NCBI GenBank assembly: GCA_041665345.1
Contig: JBAYJA010000001.1
Coordinates: 521,206-585,205 of the forward strand
Direction of reading: 5' to 3'
DNA length: 64,000 nt
DNA from: Patescibacteria group bacterium
Lineage (GTDB): Bacteria > Patescibacteriota > Patescibacteriia > PEXW01
Position 1 is the stretch's first letter, and each line of letters begins with the position of its first letter. Shown one piece after another: positions 9,887 to 20,249 of the stretch. Made by a program: the position numbers and the translations under genes. The notes under the pieces are model-generated. The model was not told the origin of the DNA and ran no database searches. It was given only the letters and a program-made list of their open reading frames with translations.

Positions 9887-10567
9887 ATGAACCGAACTTT
9901 GATTCATACCGAAAACCTGCACAAGCAGTACCGCATGTCCAAAACGAACGTCGTGCACGCGCTGCGGGGGGTGAGCCTGGACGTCCAGGAAGGGGATTTC
10001 ACTGCAATCATTGGTCCTTCTGGCGGCGGCAAATCCACGCTCTTGCACATCCTGGGCTTGCTGGATAAACCAGACAACGGGACGTTCATACTCGACGGCA
10101 TTGATGTGATGAAAATGAAGGAGAAGGAAGCGCACCTGGTTCGCGCCAAAAAACTAGGTTTCATCTTCCAAGGCTTTAACCTCATTCCCACGCTCACCGC
10201 GTTAGAAAACGTGATGCAAGCTGGGCGCTATGGCGGTCTCAATGCCAAAGCACGAAAAACGCGAGCTTTAGAACTCTTGGAGCAGGTTGGTCTACACCAG
10301 CGCGGCAATCACAAACCCAATGAACTCTCAGGTGGCCAGCAGCAGCGAGTTGCCATTGCTCGGGCACTCATGAACAAACCCACCATTATTCTGGCGGATG
10401 AGCCAACTGGCGAGCTGGATTCCAAGACCTCAGCCGAAATTATTGCCATGCTCCAGCAGTTGAATAAGGAGCACAACCAGACCTTCCTCATGGTCACCCA
10501 CAACCTAGACGTGGCCGCGATGTGCAAGAAGGTGGTGAAGCTGGTGGACGGGAAGAATGAAACGTAG
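9887..10567 (+). CDS. ABC transporter ATP-binding protein, LolD/MacB type
   Basis: GPSGGGKST, LSGGQQQRVAIAR, ADEPTGELD. Confidence 0.95.
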   Translation: MNRTLIHTENLHKQYRMSKTNVVHALRGVSLDVQEGDFTAIIGPSGGGKSTLLHILGLLDKPDNGTFILDGIDVMKMKEKEAHLVRAKKLGFIFQGFNLIPTLTALENVMQAGRYGGLNAKARKTRALELLEQVGLHQRGNHKPNELSGGQQQRVAIARALMNKPTIILADEPTGELDSKTSAEIIAMLQQLNKEHNQTFLMVTHNLDVAAMCKKVVKLVDGKNET

Positions 10568-10601
10568 AAAATGAAGCGCACGCATTATTGAGTTCGTAAA
10601 G

Positions 10602-10631
10602 AAAAAACCCAAAAATCTTCTGGGTTTTTTT
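10602..10631. terminator. Bidirectional intrinsic terminator
   Basis: AAAAAACCCA...TGGGTTTTTTT between convergent genes. Confidence 0.7.
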
Positions 10632-10643
10632 GAAGCCGCAAGC

Positions 10644-11333
10644 TCACATCCGTGCAGAAATCGCTATTTTTTTGGAAGTGATTTTGTCAAGTAAATTTGT
10701 CGCAACACGAACTTTTGCTTCTTTTGAAGTTTTTCCCGTTGCGGAGTCGTAACTCCGTTGAAAAATAAGTGCTTGGGCAACAAATTTTCCATTTCTAAAG
10801 AAAACGCGGTATTCCACGAATGTCCTGTACACCTGTCGAACGTACTTGGCTAGTTCGGTTATTGGACAGGTTATTGCTCTATCGTTGGCCTTCCACTGCA
10901 TCTCTGGATGAAGCGTTTCTTGTAAAAACCGTTTTGCTTCACGTATACCCCGCTCAATGTAGAGGGCTCCAACCAGTGCCTCATAGGTCGTTCCTAAAGA
11001 ATGTGCGTTCGGCAGGTCTTGGTTGTGCAAAAGATCTTGTAAATAAATATCTACCGCACTTTTTTGGAGTATCGAAGCAAGGCGTTTGTTACTCCAACCC
11101 ATTGACGCCATCTTACTGGCCAACGCAGGATCGAGACCCTCATGACGTATCAGTTGTTCACAGACAAAGAAATGGATAACACCGTCACCCAGGAAAGCAA
11201 GTTGATCCCGAGTGTAGAATGGGGTTCGGTATTTCTTTTTGTCTGGTAAACCAATAGCCACTGCAAGTGCTCTCCGTGTTCGCAGTTGTAAGCCCAGAGC
11301 TTTTGCGAAGTACTGGGCAATAGCATTTTTCAC
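10644..11333 (-). CDS. Divergent RNase III-family protein with C-terminal dsRBD-like region
   Basis: DQLAFLGDGV and TTYEALVGALYIE motifs, C-terminal G.TSKEAK..VA; GTG start chosen from GGAGG upstream. Confidence 0.75.
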   Translation of the reverse strand: MKNAIAQYFAKALGLQLRTRRALAVAIGLPDKKKYRTPFYTRDQLAFLGDGVIHFFVCEQLIRHEGLDPALASKMASMGWSNKRLASILQKSAVDIYLQDLLHNQDLPNAHSLGTTYEALVGALYIERGIREAKRFLQETLHPEMQWKANDRAITCPITELAKYVRQVYRTFVEYRVFFRNGKFVAQALIFQRSYDSATGKTSKEAKVRVATNLLDKITSKKIAISARM

Positions 11334-11413
11334 TTTTCCTCCTTGATTTTGTGTTTCAGTGTTAGTAGTTTTATGGAATGTATGATTTCTGTCAACCGCG
11401 CTATACTGTAACC

Positions 11414-13465
11414 ATGAACTTTTCTGCACTCTTGCATCCAAGATCAATCGCCGTGGTTGGCGCATCGCATGATCGAAAGAAAATTGGGAATGTGCTATTC
11501 CGCAATTGCTTAGGTTTTGGCTACCGAGGAAAAGTGTACCCGGTTAATCCCACGGCCAAACGGATTGAAGGAAAGCGGGCGTATGCATCCATTGGCAGCC
11601 TCCCAGTACGTCCAGACCTGGTAATCATTGCTACACCAGCTGTTACCGTGCCTGCGGTGCTGCGGGATGCTGTGCGTGCCAGAGCCAAAGCAGTAATTGT
11701 CATTAGCGCCGGGTTCGCGGAAACCGGAATGGTTGGCACAAAGCTTGAACGTCAGATTATGGCGATTGCGAAAAAAGGAAAACTGGCTCTGCTGGGTCCA
11801 AATTGTTTGGGCATGGTTTTGCCACACCTAAAGCTCAATGCGTCATTTAGCCAAGGTATGCCAGACGTAGGAAACGTGACCATCCTGTCCCAATCCGGCG
11901 CAATTGCCGTGGCCAACATGGAGTGGGCAAAGAAGCATCACGTTGGCTTCCGGGCAGTGGTGAGTTTGGGAAACAAGGCAGTCTTGGGGGAGGAAGCGTT
12001 GCTTGAAGTGTTTGGGAAAGATAAAGGAACCGGGGTTATCCTCATGTACTTGGAAGACATCCGCAGTGGCCGAGCTTTTTTGGAAACGGCACAGCAGGTG
12101 TCCAAGCAGAAGCCAGTCATCATCTTGCGCGCGGGCAAGACCGCCGCCGGCGCAAAAGCTGCATTCTCGCACACCGGTGCATTGGCGGGGAGTGGGGAAG
12201 TGACCGATGCCTTGCTGCGTCAGGCGGGTTGTACCGTGGTGCGTACTACCGATGAATGGTTTGCCCTTGCGGCGGCGTTTGAGCAACTCAAGCGGGCAAA
12301 AGGAAATCGGTTGGCGATTTTGACTAATGCTGGCGGTGCGGGTATTTTGGCGACTGATGCTATGGCTGGAACCGCGCTGCAATTCGCGTCGTTCAAGCCA
12401 AAGACGATCCAAGCGCTGCGCAAAGTGCTTCCTCCTGCTGCCAGTGTGCACAACCCGGTTGATGTTATTGGTGACGCGCCGCCCAAGCGTTACGCAGACG
12501 CCTTACGAGTTGTAGTCGCAGATCCCGGGGTAGACATCGTGGTCGCTTGCATCACGCACCAAATGGTGACGCAGAGCCGCCTCGTGGCCAAAGCGATTGT
12601 CGAAATACAAAAGCGAACACCCAAGCCAATTATCCCAGTGTTCATTGGTGGTGCACAGGTGCAGCGAGCATTGGATACTGTTCGGAAGGCAAACCTCTCC
12701 GGTTTCGCTTACCCAGAGACAGGCATTTTTGCCGCAGGGGCATTGGCCAGAATGAGCAAAGTAAAACTTCCCATTCGGCCAGTGACAAAGCTACAACCGC
12801 AATCTGCGGGAAAGCTCACGAGTCTGGTTGGCGCCCAAGCCGCAAAACTTCTTCGATCAGCAAAGATTTCCGTGCTCCCAACCTACGCAATTCAGTCAGC
12901 GCAACAGGCGGTGAAAGTTGCCAAGCGACTTGCATATCCGGTTGTCATGAAGCTAGAAGCCTCCAGTGTTTTGCATAAAACCGAAGCAGGGGCAGTAACG
13001 GTTGATCTCCACACCCCAGCCATGGTGCAAGCGGCATATACGACGTTTGCCCGTCGTTTCAGAAAAGAATTAAAGAACCCTAACGCACATATTGTTTTGC
13101 AAGACCAGCGTCAGGGCGGAGTTGAGCTTATTCTCGGTGCGGTTCGTGATCCGCAGTTTGGGCCGATTATTGTCCTGGGGTTTGGGGGCATCTTTGTGGA
13201 AGCCATGCACAGCGTGGCTTACGCGTGCGCGCCCATGACTTTGGCTGATGTAAAAATTTTTGTGGAATCTTCACCAGTCTGGAAAGTGCTCCGGGGTGCG
13301 CGCGGCCAGGAATTTGCCACCCGGGAAGTTATGCACTTGGTTGCGAAGCTCAGTTCGTTCATTGCCAAACACCCTAAGGTGCAGAGTGTGGATCTTAACC
13401 CAGTACTGGTCAATCACCGAGCTGCAACACCTGTGGATGCCCGGATTATGCAATTTCCTGTATGA
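11414..13465 (+). CDS. ADP-forming acetate-CoA ligase, fused alpha/beta
   Basis: PRSIAVVGAS, LGPNCLG, SQSGA, SHTGALAG, TNAGGAG, NPVD, HKTE, DPQFGP, DLNPV. Confidence 0.92.
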   Translation: MNFSALLHPRSIAVVGASHDRKKIGNVLFRNCLGFGYRGKVYPVNPTAKRIEGKRAYASIGSLPVRPDLVIIATPAVTVPAVLRDAVRARAKAVIVISAGFAETGMVGTKLERQIMAIAKKGKLALLGPNCLGMVLPHLKLNASFSQGMPDVGNVTILSQSGAIAVANMEWAKKHHVGFRAVVSLGNKAVLGEEALLEVFGKDKGTGVILMYLEDIRSGRAFLETAQQVSKQKPVIILRAGKTAAGAKAAFSHTGALAGSGEVTDALLRQAGCTVVRTTDEWFALAAAFEQLKRAKGNRLAILTNAGGAGILATDAMAGTALQFASFKPKTIQALRKVLPPAASVHNPVDVIGDAPPKRYADALRVVVADPGVDIVVACITHQMVTQSRLVAKAIVEIQKRTPKPIIPVFIGGAQVQRALDTVRKANLSGFAYPETGIFAAGALARMSKVKLPIRPVTKLQPQSAGKLTSLVGAQAAKLLRSAKISVLPTYAIQSAQQAVKVAKRLAYPVVMKLEASSVLHKTEAGAVTVDLHTPAMVQAAYTTFARRFRKELKNPNAHIVLQDQRQGGVELILGAVRDPQFGPIIVLGFGGIFVEAMHSVAYACAPMTLADVKIFVESSPVWKVLRGARGQEFATREVMHLVAKLSSFIAKHPKVQSVDLNPVLVNHRAATPVDARIMQFPV

Positions 13466-13740
13466 AAATTTCCATTCCGCTGAGCACAGTTGGCAACCCC
13501 CGCGTCTTCTTCTCACGTTTGGGCTACCATGCTGAACCCAACGGAAGTTACGCGCGGCGGGTGAGCGGCCAACCCTTTCCGCGGTACCATGTGTATGCGG
13601 ATTTGCGCGGCGAAGAAGTGATCGTCAACCTACACTTGGATGCCAAGCGACCCAGTTACGCTGGCACATCAGCCCATGCCGGAGAGTATGACGGACCATT
13701 GGTCGAAGCTGAGTTGCGTCGAATTGCGAGTGGAGGGTAG
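13462..13740 (+). CDS. Conserved hypothetical protein (CPR-type)
   Basis: FPRYHVY...NLHLDAKRPSY...HAGEYDG; start overlaps the acd stop. Confidence 0.7.
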   Translation: MKISIPLSTVGNPRVFFSRLGYHAEPNGSYARRVSGQPFPRYHVYADLRGEEVIVNLHLDAKRPSYAGTSAHAGEYDGPLVEAELRRIASGG

Positions 13741-13785
13741 GCGATGCATGTAAAAGACCTCCCGCAATTGCAGGAGGTCAGGTTG

Positions 13786-14082
13786 CTAGTCAAGCACTTG
13801 GCAAACAGAGCTGTCGAATACGAATGCGCCCATGTGTACGAGCGGCGCATTGTTTTCCCACCAGGCGCATGCTTTTTGGTTGCTTTGGCGTAAGATGTTC
13901 AGGGCTTCTTTGGTATTTACCTGAAAGCCACTTCTGTTCACTCGTTTCCCCGTCAGTACACCCCCGACGTATCCGCCAGGGCTCGCGTACTCAAAAGGTA
14001 GTTCTAGTCCTACCCAAGCTTCACGCACCCAGTCAGGTGCTTCTCCAGGAGGAGGAGTGACAATGAGAATTTTCCCGGGCAT
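13786..14082 (-). CDS. Hypothetical protein
   Basis: PPGEAPDWVREAWVGLELP; GAGGG SD; downstream terminator at 13752-13779. Confidence 0.75.
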   Translation of the reverse strand: MPGKILIVTPPPGEAPDWVREAWVGLELPFEYASPGGYVGGVLTGKRVNRSGFQVNTKEALNILRQSNQKACAWWENNAPLVHMGAFVFDSSVCQVLD

Positions 14083-14130
14083 TTTCCCTCACTTTCATTT
14101 GGATTTTGTCCTTATGTTATACTAGAAACA

Positions 14131-15882
14131 ATGAAACCAACGGTCAATAGTTTTACCTGGAAAATTGGGGGGCAGGCTGGCGATGGCATAATGGTCACCG
14201 GCGCCATGCTGAGCAAAATTTGCACACGCGCAGGGTTGTGGGTCACGGACTACAGCGAGTACCCCAGCCTCATTCGGGGTGGGCACAACACCCAGGTGGT
14301 GCAGGTGGATGCTGAGCAAATTTTTTCGCACGACCAGGGGATTGAAATCCTGGTTGCTTTGAACGAGGAAACCGTTCGGCTCCATGCCAAAGAGCTGAGT
14401 CCAGGTGGGGTCATTCTGCACGACCCAGACAAGCTGGTGATCAACGATGCAATGCTGGGGAATCGAAAAGATGTCCAGGTCATTGGTGTGCCTTTTTTGA
14501 AAATCGCGAATAACTTGGGTGGCAAAGATATCATGCGGAACACGGTGGCCTTGGGTGCAACGCTGGGGTTGCTTCGCGCACCCAAGGAGTTGATTGCCGG
14601 CGTCATGCACGACACGTTTAGCGCTAAGGGTGAGGCGGTGGTGAAAATGAATGAAGACATTTGCATGGCCGGGTACCAGCACGTGATGGAGCACGTGCCA
14701 GAGCAATTTGGCTGGAGCATGCAAGCGCAGCAACTTCCTCCGCGCATGGTGATGACGGGGAATGATGCAATTGTCCTTGGTCTGCTCCATGGTGGTTTGA
14801 AATTCTACGCGGCGTATCCCATGACACCTTCATCCTCCATTCTCACGGGTTTGGCGGAAGTAGCCTCAACCTACGGCATTGTGGTTCGCCATGCAGAAGA
14901 TGAAATTTCTGCCGTGAACCTGGCTATTGGCGCAGCCTACGCCGGTGCCCGCGCTGCCACAGGCACCTCTGGCGGGGGATTCTGCTTAATGACCGAAGGT
15001 GTGGGTTTGGCCGCAGAAGCTGAAGTGCCGCTGGTTATTGTGAATGCCATGCGCCCCGGTCCATCCACGGGTTTGCCAACCTGGACAGAGCAAGGGGATC
15101 TGCGTTTGGTGATGCATGCCTCGCAAGGGGATTTCCCCCGCATCATTGTGGCGCCAGGTGATGTGACGCAGGCATTTCAAGAATCAGCCCGCGCCATGCA
15201 AATTGCCGAAGCCTACCACTTGCAGGTCACTATCCTTACGGATAAGTACTTAGCGGAGAGCCATTGGAGTACTCCACATTTTGCGCTGGAGCAGTTGCAG
15301 CCAACCAAAGCCGGGTTTGCTGATGCAGCGATGTTGCAGGGTGTGGATACCTACCAACGGTACGCAGACACGGCAAATGGGGTTACCCCACGCAGTGTCC
15401 CAGGGCAGCCGGGTGGGGTGCACACGGCAAATTCTGACGAGCATGATGCAATTGGCCATGCGGACGAAACCTCAGAAATGCGCGTGCTCCAAGTGCAGAA
15501 GCGGGAACGGAAACTCGCTGCGGCCATGGCAGACCTGCCGCCGCGTGTCCTTTTGTACGGAGACGCGGATGCGGATATTACTATGGTCACCTGGGGTTCT
15601 GCCACGCTCTCATGTCGCGAAGCCATGCGGAAGCTGACCCGGATGGGCATTCGGGTGAACATTCTGCAAACTCTGTACATCCTGCCATTCCCGGTGGAGG
15701 AAATGCATACTTTTTTCAAAGCCGCAAAGCAGACTGTGCTGGTGGAGAATAACTTTTCTGGCCAGTTTGGCGGCGTGCTGCGCGAGTACACTGGCTTGCA
15801 GTGCAACCATCAACTTTTGAAGTATGATGGTCGGCCTTTCTGGCCAGAGGAAATTGTGGACTACGTGAAAGGGATTGTCTAA
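14131..15882 (+). CDS. korA: 2-oxoacid:ferredoxin oxidoreductase alpha subunit (fused gamma)
   Basis: IGGQAGDG, IRGGH, YPMTPSS, AEDEISA, TSGGGF, RPGPSTGLPT. Confidence 0.95.
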   Translation: MKPTVNSFTWKIGGQAGDGIMVTGAMLSKICTRAGLWVTDYSEYPSLIRGGHNTQVVQVDAEQIFSHDQGIEILVALNEETVRLHAKELSPGGVILHDPDKLVINDAMLGNRKDVQVIGVPFLKIANNLGGKDIMRNTVALGATLGLLRAPKELIAGVMHDTFSAKGEAVVKMNEDICMAGYQHVMEHVPEQFGWSMQAQQLPPRMVMTGNDAIVLGLLHGGLKFYAAYPMTPSSSILTGLAEVASTYGIVVRHAEDEISAVNLAIGAAYAGARAATGTSGGGFCLMTEGVGLAAEAEVPLVIVNAMRPGPSTGLPTWTEQGDLRLVMHASQGDFPRIIVAPGDVTQAFQESARAMQIAEAYHLQVTILTDKYLAESHWSTPHFALEQLQPTKAGFADAAMLQGVDTYQRYADTANGVTPRSVPGQPGGVHTANSDEHDAIGHADETSEMRVLQVQKRERKLAAAMADLPPRVLLYGDADADITMVTWGSATLSCREAMRKLTRMGIRVNILQTLYILPFPVEEMHTFFKAAKQTVLVENNFSGQFGGVLREYTGLQCNHQLLKYDGRPFWPEEIVDYVKGIV

Positions 15883-15886
15883 GCCT

Positions 15887-16753
15887 ATGGAAACCACACC
15901 CCAGCAGAGTGCAAAATTCAATACGGAGAAAGTGCCAACCTGGTGCCCAGGGTGCGGTGACTTTGGCATTTGGACAGCCTTGAAAAATGCCTTCACGGAA
16001 ATGGACTGGAACCCAGCTGACGTTTTGGTGGTCTACGGCATTGGCTGCTCTGGTAACATGTCCAGCTTTGTGAAGTCCTACGGCTTCCATGGTTTGCACG
16101 GCCGCGCCCTGCCAGTGGCCGTGGGCGCCAAGCTGGCCAACCGAAAACTGAAGGTGATCGTGGTGGGCGGTGACGGCGACGGGTATGGTGAAGGCGGGAA
16201 TCACTTCATCCACACGCTCCGGTCCAACCCGGACATCACCTACATTGTGCATGATAACCAGGTGTACGGTCTGACCAAAGGCCAAACCTCTCCCACCACG
16301 GAGCAAGGTGAGAAAACCAGCTCTGCACCTGAAGGTGCACCTGATCAGCCCATCAATCCTCCAGCTCTGGCTATTGCCGCCGGCGGGACATTCGTGGCGC
16401 AGGGCTTTTCCGGTGACACGCGCCAACTCACCCAGCTCATTAAAGACGGGGTAGCGCACCCAGGCATGGCGCATATCAACGTGCTGCAACCCTGCGTGAC
16501 CTTCAACCATCACAATACCTTCTCCTGGTTTTTCAAGCGGGTGTACAAAGTGGAGACCACACCGTACGACTTTACGAACAAAACCGAAGCCTTTGCCAAA
16601 GCACTGGAGTGGGGTGACAAAATCCCCACTGGTCTGCTCTACCGGGAAATCCGTCCAACCCTGGAAGAGCGGATCTCTGAATTGCGGCACGAACCCTTGG
16701 TGCATAAGCCACTTGCCGTGGATCTTGCAGCGACGCTGCAGACCTTCATTTAG
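15887..16753 (+). CDS. korB: 2-oxoacid:ferredoxin oxidoreductase beta subunit
   Basis: WCPGCGD, GIGCS, HGR, GGDGD, YGLTKGQTSPT, QPCVTFN. Confidence 0.95.
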   Translation: METTPQQSAKFNTEKVPTWCPGCGDFGIWTALKNAFTEMDWNPADVLVVYGIGCSGNMSSFVKSYGFHGLHGRALPVAVGAKLANRKLKVIVVGGDGDGYGEGGNHFIHTLRSNPDITYIVHDNQVYGLTKGQTSPTTEQGEKTSSAPEGAPDQPINPPALAIAAGGTFVAQGFSGDTRQLTQLIKDGVAHPGMAHINVLQPCVTFNHHNTFSWFFKRVYKVETTPYDFTNKTEAFAKALEWGDKIPTGLLYREIRPTLEERISELRHEPLVHKPLAVDLAATLQTFI

Positions 16754-16860
16754 TCTGGCTAACCCATTGTCAAGCAGCCCTGCGCTTGGGGGTTTTTGGC
16801 AACCCTTGCATTTTTCAGCCGCCGGAGTAACCTAGTCTCTATCCCTCAAGGAGGAGGAAA

Positions 16861-17046
16861 ATGCTCATTTCTTGGTTGCGTCAGAAGTTCAGTACGCCCC
16901 CAATTGCCGTTTCACACGAACCACTGTGCCCGTGTGGAGGCACACTCCAACATGCCGAAGCAACAACGTCCTTTGCGTGGCTTGTCTGCAGTAAGTGTGG
17001 ACTTTTTCGCCACCCATCTTGCGTTGCCGGGTTTGGAAAAAAGTAG
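16861..17046 (+). CDS. Small Cys-rich (zinc-ribbon-like) protein
   Basis: CPCGG...CSKCG; GGAGG SD; upstream TTGCAT/TAACCT; terminator at ~17045-17075. Confidence 0.6.
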   Translation: MLISWLRQKFSTPPIAVSHEPLCPCGGTLQHAEATTSFAWLVCSKCGLFRHPSCVAGFGKK

Positions 17047-17127
17047 CCGTTGGTCACCTGACTGACGGCTTTTTCTTCCCTTTTTTTATGCGTAGAAAAC
17101 CCAAAAAGTCTGGTATACTACCAGAAT

Positions 17128-18861
17128 ATGCAGACGACATGGCGGGTGGCAGAGCCGGTGCCTGAGGAGGTGCGGCGGCAATTCCCAGAACTCAACCCAA
17201 TTGTGCTCCAATTACTCTGGAACCGGAACCTTCGTACCCAAGCGACGATGGACGAATTTGTGCAGCCCGACTGGGGGAAGGACATTCATGATCCTTTCCT
17301 GTTTCGGGATATGCAGAAGGCCGTGGATCGAATCCTCCAGGCGATTGCAAAGAAAGAACGGATTATTGTCCACGGTGACTACGACGCAGATGGTGTGTGC
17401 AGCGCCGCAGTGCTGACGACTACCCTGTCCGCCCTGGGTGCAGACGTGGACGTGTACTTGCCGCACCGGGAACGGGAAGGGTATGGCCTGAACCTGCAGA
17501 CCATTGAGCACCTGAAGAAGAATCACGCCGCGCAGCTCATTATCACCTGTGACTGCGGCACCAGCAACGCGGCTGAAGTCGCCCGTGCGCACGAGCTTGG
17601 TATGGACGTGATCATTACCGATCACCACCACGCCCCGGCAGTCATGCCCAAGCCGTACGCCATTATCAATCCGCAATTACCTGACTGTGGTTACCCCTTC
17701 CCACACCTGGCTGGTTCAGGCGTGGCATTCAAAGTTGCGCAGGCGTTGCTCCGCAAGTGTGGACAAAAAATACTCAATGGTTTAAGCATCGAAGGTTTTG
17801 AAAAATGGCTGCTGGATTTCGTAGCCATTAGCACCATCACGGACTTCATGCCGCTCATTGGCGAAAACCGAACCCTGGTGAAGTTTGGCTTGGTGGTGCT
17901 GCGAAAGTCGCCGCGTCCGGGTTTGCGTGCCATGGCAGAGGTCAGCAGTATGAAGCAGGAGAATATTGATACCACCACCATTGGTTTTCAAATTGGCCCA
18001 CGCTTGAATGCCGCTGGGCGGATGGATCATGCCAGTACGGCGTACCGTTTGCTGGTCGCCCCAGATGCATCTGAAGCAACTGCCTTGGCCATTGCGTTGA
18101 ATACCAGCAATGCTGAACGACAGAAACTTACCGAAACAATTTTGCGGGAAGCAAAGCAATCCATTGGCGAGGTCACCTCATCAAAGCGGATGCTCATTGC
18201 CAAAGGCGATCAGTGGCCAGTGGGGATTCTGGGCTTGGTGGCCGGAAAGTTAGCTGACGCGTACCACCGGCCGGTATTGGTCATGTCTGCCCATGGGGAG
18301 GAGTTTGTGGGTTCAGGTCGCAGTATTCCGCAGTTTCACATTACCGAAGCCTTGCTCCGTCACAAAGAGTTGCTTGTGAGGTACGGTGGCCATGCTGGTG
18401 CGTGCGGCTTCACTCTCCGGGTTGATGCGGTGGACACATTTATCCAGGCAATGGAGCAGGACACCAGCGAGCGCGTGACTGAAGCTGATTTGGAAAAAGA
18501 CATTCGGATTGATGCAGACATTCCGCTGCAGCACGTGGACTGGGAGCTCTTTGATGTGATGGATCAGTTTGAACCTTTTGGCGAAGGTAACCCCAAGCCC
18601 GTCTTCGCCACCCGGCACATGACTATCACCGACCTGCAACCAGTGGGTAAAGAGGGGAAGCACCTGCGCATTCACGTGAACCACGTCGTGCCCGAAGTGC
18701 GCAAGTTCATTGCCTTTGGCGCGGGGCTCACTTGGGGGAAGGATCTGACAGTAGGTGATAAAGTGGATATTGCCTACACCGTGGACAAGAATGAGTGGAA
18801 CGGAACCCGGGAATTACAATTGAAGGTTGTTGATCTTCACCGTCACAATCTAGACGTATGA
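17128..18861 (+). CDS. recJ: ssDNA exonuclease RecJ
   Basis: GDYDADG, TCDCG, TDHH, PRLNAAGR, GSGRS, GGHAGACG. Confidence 0.97.
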   Translation: MQTTWRVAEPVPEEVRRQFPELNPIVLQLLWNRNLRTQATMDEFVQPDWGKDIHDPFLFRDMQKAVDRILQAIAKKERIIVHGDYDADGVCSAAVLTTTLSALGADVDVYLPHREREGYGLNLQTIEHLKKNHAAQLIITCDCGTSNAAEVARAHELGMDVIITDHHHAPAVMPKPYAIINPQLPDCGYPFPHLAGSGVAFKVAQALLRKCGQKILNGLSIEGFEKWLLDFVAISTITDFMPLIGENRTLVKFGLVVLRKSPRPGLRAMAEVSSMKQENIDTTTIGFQIGPRLNAAGRMDHASTAYRLLVAPDASEATALAIALNTSNAERQKLTETILREAKQSIGEVTSSKRMLIAKGDQWPVGILGLVAGKLADAYHRPVLVMSAHGEEFVGSGRSIPQFHITEALLRHKELLVRYGGHAGACGFTLRVDAVDTFIQAMEQDTSERVTEADLEKDIRIDADIPLQHVDWELFDVMDQFEPFGEGNPKPVFATRHMTITDLQPVGKEGKHLRIHVNHVVPEVRKFIAFGAGLTWGKDLTVGDKVDIAYTVDKNEWNGTRELQLKVVDLHRHNLDV

Positions 18862-19265
18862 TTCCCATCATGGCTACAGTGTGGACAGACGGCGGCGCCC
18901 GGGGTAACCCAGGGCCAGCCGCCATTGGCTACGTCATGGAAATTGAAGGGCAGACCGTGGCTTCGGTTGGCGAATGCATCGGCGAAGCCACGAACAATGT
19001 TGCTGAGTACACGGCATTACTCCGAGCGCTGAATGCGGCAAAAGCAAAGGACGCGACCATGGTGCATTGTTTCCTGGATAGTCTGTTGGTTGTGGAACAG
19101 CTCAACCGGCGGTACAAGGTGAAAGATGCAAACTTGGCCAAACTCTTTACCCAAGTATGGAACCAGTGCCAGCAGTTTCAAAAAGTAACCTTCCAGCATA
19201 TCCCGCGCGAGCAGAACAAGCGGGCAGACGCCTTGGTCAACGCTGCTCTCGACGGAAAACTGTAG
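18858..19265 (+). CDS. rnhA: Ribonuclease HI (archaeal/actinobacterial type)
   Basis: TDGGARGNPGPA, TNNVAEY, DSLLVV, HIPREQNKRAD. Confidence 0.93.
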   Translation: MIPIMATVWTDGGARGNPGPAAIGYVMEIEGQTVASVGECIGEATNNVAEYTALLRALNAAKAKDATMVHCFLDSLLVVEQLNRRYKVKDANLAKLFTQVWNQCQQFQKVTFQHIPREQNKRADALVNAALDGKL

Positions 19266-19269
19266 CTGT

Positions 19270-20151
19270 ATGCTCATCAACCTTGCCCTCATTCTCTTCG
19301 TGGCTGCGGTGGTCGCGCTCATCGTGGCCGCCTGGAAAATTGCAGATAGCCTTATCAAAAGTCCGCGGGAGATCCGTCCGGAGGATTGGGTGACGTTTGG
19401 TTTCCACCCAGAGTTTGTCCGCTTTGCTGCAACGGACAAGGTACAGCTGTCTGGTGCCTTCATCAAAGGCAACCGGCCAGAAACCATTCTCCTCCTCCAC
19501 GGGTACAGCCATTCCAAAACCCAGCTTCTCCCCCAAGCCAAACTCCTGCACGCGCAAGGGTACAATCTCTTTCTCTTTGACTTCCGTGGTTCAGGTGAGA
19601 GTGGAGGAGACTACATTACCTTTGGCGAAGAAGAGCAGCGAGATTTGGTGGGTGCTGTTGATTACCTGCGCTCCCGAAAAGACATTGATACAGACCGCCT
19701 GGGTATTTTTGGTTTTTCCATGGGTGGTTCGGTCGCCTTGCTCAAGGGTGGTGAATTGCCAGGTGTGCGAGCAATTATTGTGGACTCCAGTTACGCGGAA
19801 TTCACCTCACTCATTAAAATGAGTTTCAAAGAGTACTTGGGTAAATTTCCTTTTTTTCCACTTGGGAACTTAGTGCTGTACCTCATTAAGGTTCGGACCG
19901 GTGCGTACTTTGCGAACATCAAACCTTTCCAAAATGTGCACAAACTTGGCAGCATTCCGTTGCTCGTCATTCATGGCACTGCTGACCGCACCGTACCGTT
20001 CTGGGATGCCCTGCGCGTCCAAGGCAGTGCCACAGGCCCTGCTGAGCTAATGGTAGTCCAAGGGGCTGGGCATAATGATACATTTGCCACGGGCGGGGAT
20101 AGGTATGCCAAAAAAGTTGTGGGCTTTTTCCAAACCCACTTAGGCGAGTAA
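19270..20151 (+). CDS. Membrane-anchored alpha/beta hydrolase
   Basis: N-terminal TM, HGY, DFRGSGES, GFSMGG, HGTAD, GAGHND. Confidence 0.9.
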   Translation: MLINLALILFVAAVVALIVAAWKIADSLIKSPREIRPEDWVTFGFHPEFVRFAATDKVQLSGAFIKGNRPETILLLHGYSHSKTQLLPQAKLLHAQGYNLFLFDFRGSGESGGDYITFGEEEQRDLVGAVDYLRSRKDIDTDRLGIFGFSMGGSVALLKGGELPGVRAIIVDSSYAEFTSLIKMSFKEYLGKFPFFPLGNLVLYLIKVRTGAYFANIKPFQNVHKLGSIPLLVIHGTADRTVPFWDALRVQGSATGPAELMVVQGAGHNDTFATGGDRYAKKVVGFFQTHLGE

Positions 20152-20174
20152 AAAAGCAGAAAATGTGGTAACCC

Positions 20175-20203
20175 TTGACAAATAAGGGGTTTTGGTGTAT
20201 TCT
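20175..20203 (+). promoter_or_regulatory. Sigma70-type promoter
   Basis: TTGACA-17-TATTCT upstream of the 20250 ORF. Confidence 0.7.
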
Positions 20204-20249
20204 CAGCAGTTAAAACTGAAATAAAAACACTTTACAACAAGGAGTTGTT

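Noticed and set aside
15716-16705. Long antisense ORFs (e.g. 329 aa opposite korB; also 29682-30458 and 44789-45475)
   Set aside because: Shadow frames of GC-rich, well-supported genes
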